DNA of 64,000 nt, taken from Alphaproteobacteria bacterium. Lineage in GTDB: Bacteria > Pseudomonadota > Alphaproteobacteria > Bin95. Location of the stretch: the NCBI GenBank assembly GCA_964291285.2, contig OZ219787.1, positions 1,280,001-1,344,000 on the forward strand, read 5' to 3'. Within the stretch, counting starts at the first letter, position 1. Every line of letters begins with the position of its first letter. Below, in pieces: positions 59,847 through 64,000 of this stretch. The position numbers and the translations under genes are program-made. Below the pieces are notes generated by a model, which did no database searches, was not told the DNA's origin, and saw only the letters and a list, made by a program, of their open reading frames with translations.

Positions 59847-62329
59847 GCAGCGGAGGGCAGGGGAAAATCCGGCGTGGCCTCCGGGTCTGCGCCGGCGTCC
59901 TTCCATGACTCGAAGGCGCGCCAGGCGTCGAGGACCGCCGGTAGGTCGTTCGGCACGTCCTCGCCGGTCTCCCCGGTCGAGGTGATGCCGACGGCGGCGG
60001 GCGCAGCCACGAAGACCGGATAGTCGAAGGTCTCGCGCACCGTTTCCCAAAGGGCGGCGTCATGCGCAGCGTCGATGCGCTTCAGGCCGGCCCGCAAGCC
60101 GTCCAGCGCGGCTCCCGACCTTGCGGCGGGGGCTCCGGCGAAAGCGGCGTTGAAGTCCCGCTTCAACCGGGCGGCGTGTCCTGCAGCTTCGCGGTCTTCC
60201 GGCTTGCCGGTCCATCGTGGCCGGCGCAATCTGGCCGGGCCGATGCCGCTCGGATAGGCCGGCGGGTCGCCGGAGGTCCAGTCGGGCCCGGTTCGGTCGA
60301 CGCCGAGGCCTGCCAGCTCATCCAGAAGCGCCTGCACCGCCGGGTCTCCACCAGCGACGGCCTCCGGGCCTGCCTGCCGACAAAGCTCGTCCCGCTGTTC
60401 GTTGAATGCGCCGTCATGGCGCGCATGGGCTGTTTCCCAGGCGGCTTCCCATTCCGCCTCGTCGGCTGCCGTGAAGCGCCGAAGGAAGACCATCGACGCT
60501 TTCACGGTGGCATCCGCCGAGCGGAACGTTTCCTCCAGCAGGCTGACGATGGCGAGAATCTTCGCTTTGCCTTCGCACCAGCGGCGCAGCCAGTCGAGCG
60601 ACGGGTTGTTGAGATTGCCGTCGGGCAGCACGATTCCCATGCGCCCGCCGGGCCTGAGCAGGGAAAGGCAGCGCTCCACGAAGACGATCTCGGTGGCGCG
60701 GTTCGCCTTGCCGCGGCCGATCTCGAACAGGTCGAGAATGTTCGTGCCCGCCGCGCCGAGCATGCGCTCGTGGCTCCGCTCCCACGCTTCGCCGTAGCGT
60801 TTGCGGCAGAGGTCGCGATAGACAGGATCGTCGGGAACCCGCGTTTCGTTGGTATCGCCGACCTTCTGGTCGCTGCCCACATTCGCGCCGAAGGGCGGGT
60901 TGGTGACGACGATATCGAACCGATCGGGGAAGATGCCGTTAATGTCGACAAGGCCGTCATGGTAGTGGATGCCGCCGTGGCCATCACCGTGCATGATCAT
61001 GTTCATCTTGGCGGTGCGCGCGGCGCGCGCTTCGGCGTCGCAGCCGAAAATGCAGCGCCATGCCAGCCTACCGACGCGGGTATCGACCGGCATGTTGTCG
61101 TCGTCCGACGGCAGAAGATCCCGGTTAAGCGCCGCGAACGCCCCGTCGATCCGGGCTTCCTCTTCCTCGGGGTCGAGATCTGCCGCCTCGATATCGGCCC
61201 GCACCCGATCCTTCTCCGCCTGGACATCGGCGGCGATCCGGCCGCGAACATGCTCGAAGGCGCGGATCAGGAAGCCGCCCGACCCGGCCGCGGGGTCGCA
61301 GATAATTTCGTCCTCCTGCGGGTCGAGCAGGTTGACCATGAAATCGACGACCGGGCGCGGCGTGAAATACTGGCCGAGTTCGCCCCGGAATGTCGTGCCG
61401 AGGAAACGCTCGAAGGCGAGGCCCTTGATGTCGTCACCGGTCTTCGACAGGTCGAAGCGTTCAAGCTCCTTCACAATGCGGCGGAAGGTTCCTTCGGAAA
61501 TCTCGAGGCGGTCGGTCTCGGCGAAAAGGTCGTCCGCCCGGTAGTGGTCCTTCGTCTGCTCGAACAGGCCGTCATGGACGAGCGGATCGGTCGGCAACCG
61601 CGTCGAAGCGCGGCGGTCGAGATAATCCACCGTGAATGTGCCGTGCAGGCCCGAACGCTCCACATACATCTTCACGAACAGTATCTTCGACATCGTGTCG
61701 AACGCGCGCCCCGGCTCCATCTTGTGCACTTCCCAAAGGATCGAGTGGCACTTGAACAAAAGGGCCTGAAACTCCTTGCGGTCGAAGGCGCGCAGCGCAT
61801 TCTTGATCTCTTCGATTCGCTTGGCGTCGCCCCAGTCTGCCGCTCTGGGAATTTTGTTGATCTGCACGAATTCGCCCGGCGCTCCCGGAACCAACTTGAA
61901 GACGGCTGTGAAGCGGGCATTGTGCGCAACGAAGAATTCGCAGCCGGCCGCGCGGGCGTAACTCTGGCCCTGGTAATAGTCCCGAACGCTGATCTCGACA
62001 TTCTCGGCCTTGCACTCGACCACGAGGACGGGGGTCCTGTTCGCAGCCTTGGCCTGCTGCGTCTCCCAGACCACGATATCGGCGCGGGGGCTGCGATGCC
62101 CGTGCATCGTGCGCCGTTCCTGGTCCATTTGGCCGAGCGTGTAGCCCAGACTCTCGCAAAGATGGCGAACGAACTGCTGGCGAACGGTTTCTTCCGGTTT
62201 GTCCGATACGTCGCGCCATTCGCCCCGCAGCGGAATCCATAGCCACTTGCCCTGTTCGTGCAGCTTGCCCGGCTCGGCGGGAAACGGTGTTCCCGGCGCT
62301 TCTTTCGGCTTTCCTGAGGAGGCCGCCAT
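59843..62329 (-). CDS. Fused restriction endonuclease (HsdR_N-like) and N6-adenine methyltransferase
   Basis: PEE.VRQ..RADIV..VECKA nuclease; GQYFTPR, DPAAGSGGFL, NM.MHGD, TNPPFG, GIVLP.G. Confidence 0.9.
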   Translation of the reverse strand: MAASSGKPKEAPGTPFPAEPGKLHEQGKWLWIPLRGEWRDVSDKPEETVRQQFVRHLCESLGYTLGQMDQERRTMHGHRSPRADIVVWETQQAKAANRTPVLVVECKAENVEISVRDYYQGQSYARAAGCEFFVAHNARFTAVFKLVPGAPGEFVQINKIPRAADWGDAKRIEEIKNALRAFDRKEFQALLFKCHSILWEVHKMEPGRAFDTMSKILFVKMYVERSGLHGTFTVDYLDRRASTRLPTDPLVHDGLFEQTKDHYRADDLFAETDRLEISEGTFRRIVKELERFDLSKTGDDIKGLAFERFLGTTFRGELGQYFTPRPVVDFMVNLLDPQEDEIICDPAAGSGGFLIRAFEHVRGRIAADVQAEKDRVRADIEAADLDPEEEEARIDGAFAALNRDLLPSDDDNMPVDTRVGRLAWRCIFGCDAEARAARTAKMNMIMHGDGHGGIHYHDGLVDINGIFPDRFDIVVTNPPFGANVGSDQKVGDTNETRVPDDPVYRDLCRKRYGEAWERSHERMLGAAGTNILDLFEIGRGKANRATEIVFVERCLSLLRPGGRMGIVLPDGNLNNPSLDWLRRWCEGKAKILAIVSLLEETFRSADATVKASMVFLRRFTAADEAEWEAAWETAHARHDGAFNEQRDELCRQAGPEAVAGGDPAVQALLDELAGLGVDRTGPDWTSGDPPAYPSGIGPARLRRPRWTGKPEDREAAGHAARLKRDFNAAFAGAPAARSGAALDGLRAGLKRIDAAHDAALWETVRETFDYPVFVAAPAAVGITSTGETGEDVPNDLPAVLDAWRAFESWKDAGADPEATPDFPLPSAA

Positions 62330-62445
62330 TCCCGTTCCCTATCGCAAATCGTCGCTGAACCCGAGGCCGGCGAGCATGACAAGCCCGGCCGGCGCTGTCG
62401 AGTTGGCATCCGTCGCTGCGCCGTCCGGCTGCCGTCCCGATACGG

Positions 62446-62868
62446 TCAGTCCTTCCAGGGGTCGATCACGCGGAGGCCGGCCGCCTCGAACGGGGTTGTG
62501 TCGCGGGTGGCGACCGCCATGCCGTTGGCGGCCGCCGTCGCTGCGATATATCCGTCCGACGCCGCCACGGCGAGGCCCTTGCCGCGCGCCGCCGCCATCA
62601 GGCCGGCATAGGCCTGCGAGGCCGCGAGATCGAACGGGAGGATGCGGCCGGCGAACAGCGGCAGGATCCGGCGCTCGATCTCCTCATCCAGCAGGGTCCG
62701 GCGCCGCCCGGCGGGCAGCGACATGACGCCGAAACGCAGTTCGGCGACCGCGATCGCCGGGAGATACAGGGTTTCGAGGGGCTGGGCGTCGATCCAGGCG
62801 GCCACGCGGGCCTCCGGGCTGCGCCGCAGCGGCTCCGAGACGACGTTCGTGTCCAGTAAATAACTCAT
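62446..62868 (-). CDS. PIN-domain VapC/FitB-type toxin
   Basis: LLDTNVVSE, AEL.FG, D..IAATA, ATRD..F, DPW. Confidence 0.9.
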   Translation of the reverse strand: MSYLLDTNVVSEPLRRSPEARVAAWIDAQPLETLYLPAIAVAELRFGVMSLPAGRRRTLLDEEIERRILPLFAGRILPFDLAASQAYAGLMAAARGKGLAVAASDGYIAATAAANGMAVATRDTTPFEAAGLRVIDPWKD

Positions 62869-63233
62869 CGGGACGCACCCACCTCGGCATTCTTGCCAAG
62901 CCCTTCCATTCGAGGCATATGTGACATAAGCGGTTGCGTGGACACGATTATTTTAGTCCGCTAGATTGCGGCCATGGAACCCACAGTCGCCAAACGAGAC
63001 AAGAGAGCGAGTGCTTACGATCCGTTTCGCACGCTCGCATTCCCGCTGCGCTTACGAGAAAATCGACCCGTTCCACCACAGGACGCCATCCGTCGAATCC
63101 GGTTCGGCGAGGCCGTGACGGAGGGAGCGATGGCGCAGACCGAATTCGGACCGGACCTGCCGGAACGCGGAGCCGGCATCGTCGTTTTCGTCGTCGCCAT
63201 GACCGAACGCCCTCGTCTCCGGAGCAGGACGCC

Positions 63234-64000
63234 ATGACGCAACGCCAGTACCGCACCCTCTCCAAGCGTATCGTCGACAGTCTCCCCGTCGATGGCAGGG
63301 ACACCGTCTACTGGGACCGCGAGCTGCCCGGTTTCGGCCTGCGCGTCTACGCGAGCGGCAAAAAGGTCTTCGTCGTCCAGACGCGAGCCTTCGGCCGTTC
63401 CAGGCGCGTGACCCTCGGCGAGCACGGCAACCCGTTCTCCGCCGACCGGGCCCGCAAGGAGGCCGCTGAGGTCATCGTCCGCATCAAGACGGGGCAGCCG
63501 CCGATACCGAAGGACCCGGCCAACGATCCCACCGTCGCCGACCTCGCGGACCGCTACTTCAGAGAACATGTCGAGATGCACTGCAAGCCGGCCACCGTCT
63601 CCCACTACCGGATCATGCTGCGCAAGCACATCGTGCCCGCCCTCGGCGGGCGTCTCGTCGCGGAGGTCGAGCACAAGGACATCCTGCGCTTCCACGACGC
63701 GCTGCATCACAGCCCCAGTGTCGCCAACCGGGCGGCCGACATTCTGGTCAAGATGTTCAATCTGGCCGACGAGTGGGGCTGGTGTCCCTCGGGGCGCAAC
63801 CCGGCCCGGAGCGTGCCCCGTTTCAGGGTCGAGAAGCACGAGCGCTTCCTCACCCGCGAGGAACTCTCCCGGCTCGGCGAGGCGCTCAGGGCCGCGCCCG
63901 CCGGGCGCCGGGCGTCCCCCCATGCGGCGGCCGCCATCTACCTTCTCGTGCTGACCGGATGCCGGCGCAACGAGATCCTCGGCCTGCGGTGGGACGACCT
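63234..64000 (+). CDS. Tyrosine recombinase/integrase with N-terminal arm-binding domain (3' truncated)
   Basis: Manual translation: MTQRQYRTLSKR..WDRELPGFGLRV..G.K.F, ANR, RNP, ERFLT.EE, LL.LTGCRRNEI..LRW. Confidence 0.9.
   Translation, partial: MTQRQYRTLSKRIVDSLPVDGRDTVYWDRELPGFGLRVYASGKKVFVVQTRAFGRSRRVTLGEHGNPFSADRARKEAAEVIVRIKTGQPPIPKDPANDPTVADLADRYFREHVEMHCKPATVSHYRIMLRKHIVPALGGRLVAEVEHKDILRFHDALHHSPSVANRAADILVKMFNLADEWGWCPSGRNPARSVPRFRVEKHERFLTREELSRLGEALRAAPAGRRASPHAAAAIYLLVLTGCRRNEILGLRWDD

Noticed and set aside
62974-63237. 87-aa ORF overlapping the integrase start
   Set aside because: No recognisable motif; cannot be supported as a gene

Overview
High-GC (roughly 70% by eye) alphaproteobacterial chromosome segment, probably Rhodospirillales-like. 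Core genes are glpK, phaC, an alaC-type aminotransferase-hom-glpX-recJ run, an OmpR-type regulator with yggS, and tRNA-Phe. They are interleaved with a large organic-acid/aromatic scavenging repertoire: 2 TRAP and 1 TTT transporters, 4 LLM oxidoreductases, CoA transferases/ligase, PhyH dioxygenases, tandem alpha-hydroxy-acid oxidases and a close acetylene hydratase homologue. Main discoveries: (1) an IS1595-family element (32203-34693, 23-bp IRs, 8-bp TSD) carrying a DNA methyltransferase-HNH fusion whose 5' end holds an 11-bp tandem repeat that currently puts it out of frame, suggesting a mobile phase-variable R-M system; (2) an unnamed non-coding element present twice, built as a conserved AT-rich box and promoter, a ~180-200 nt GC-rich leader, a strong RBS, a variable Met-Pro micro-ORF and CATGACA repeats at 10-bp period, with one copy hit by both IS1595 and IS3; (3) a right-end island (about 55.8-64 kb) with a LexA-boxed stand-alone IS630 HTH gene and 70-bp repeats, a cyanovirin-like secreted protein, a helicase-less R-M system with an extra putative nuclease, an orphan VapC and a tyrosine integrase. 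All calls are from reading the sequence; no searches were run.
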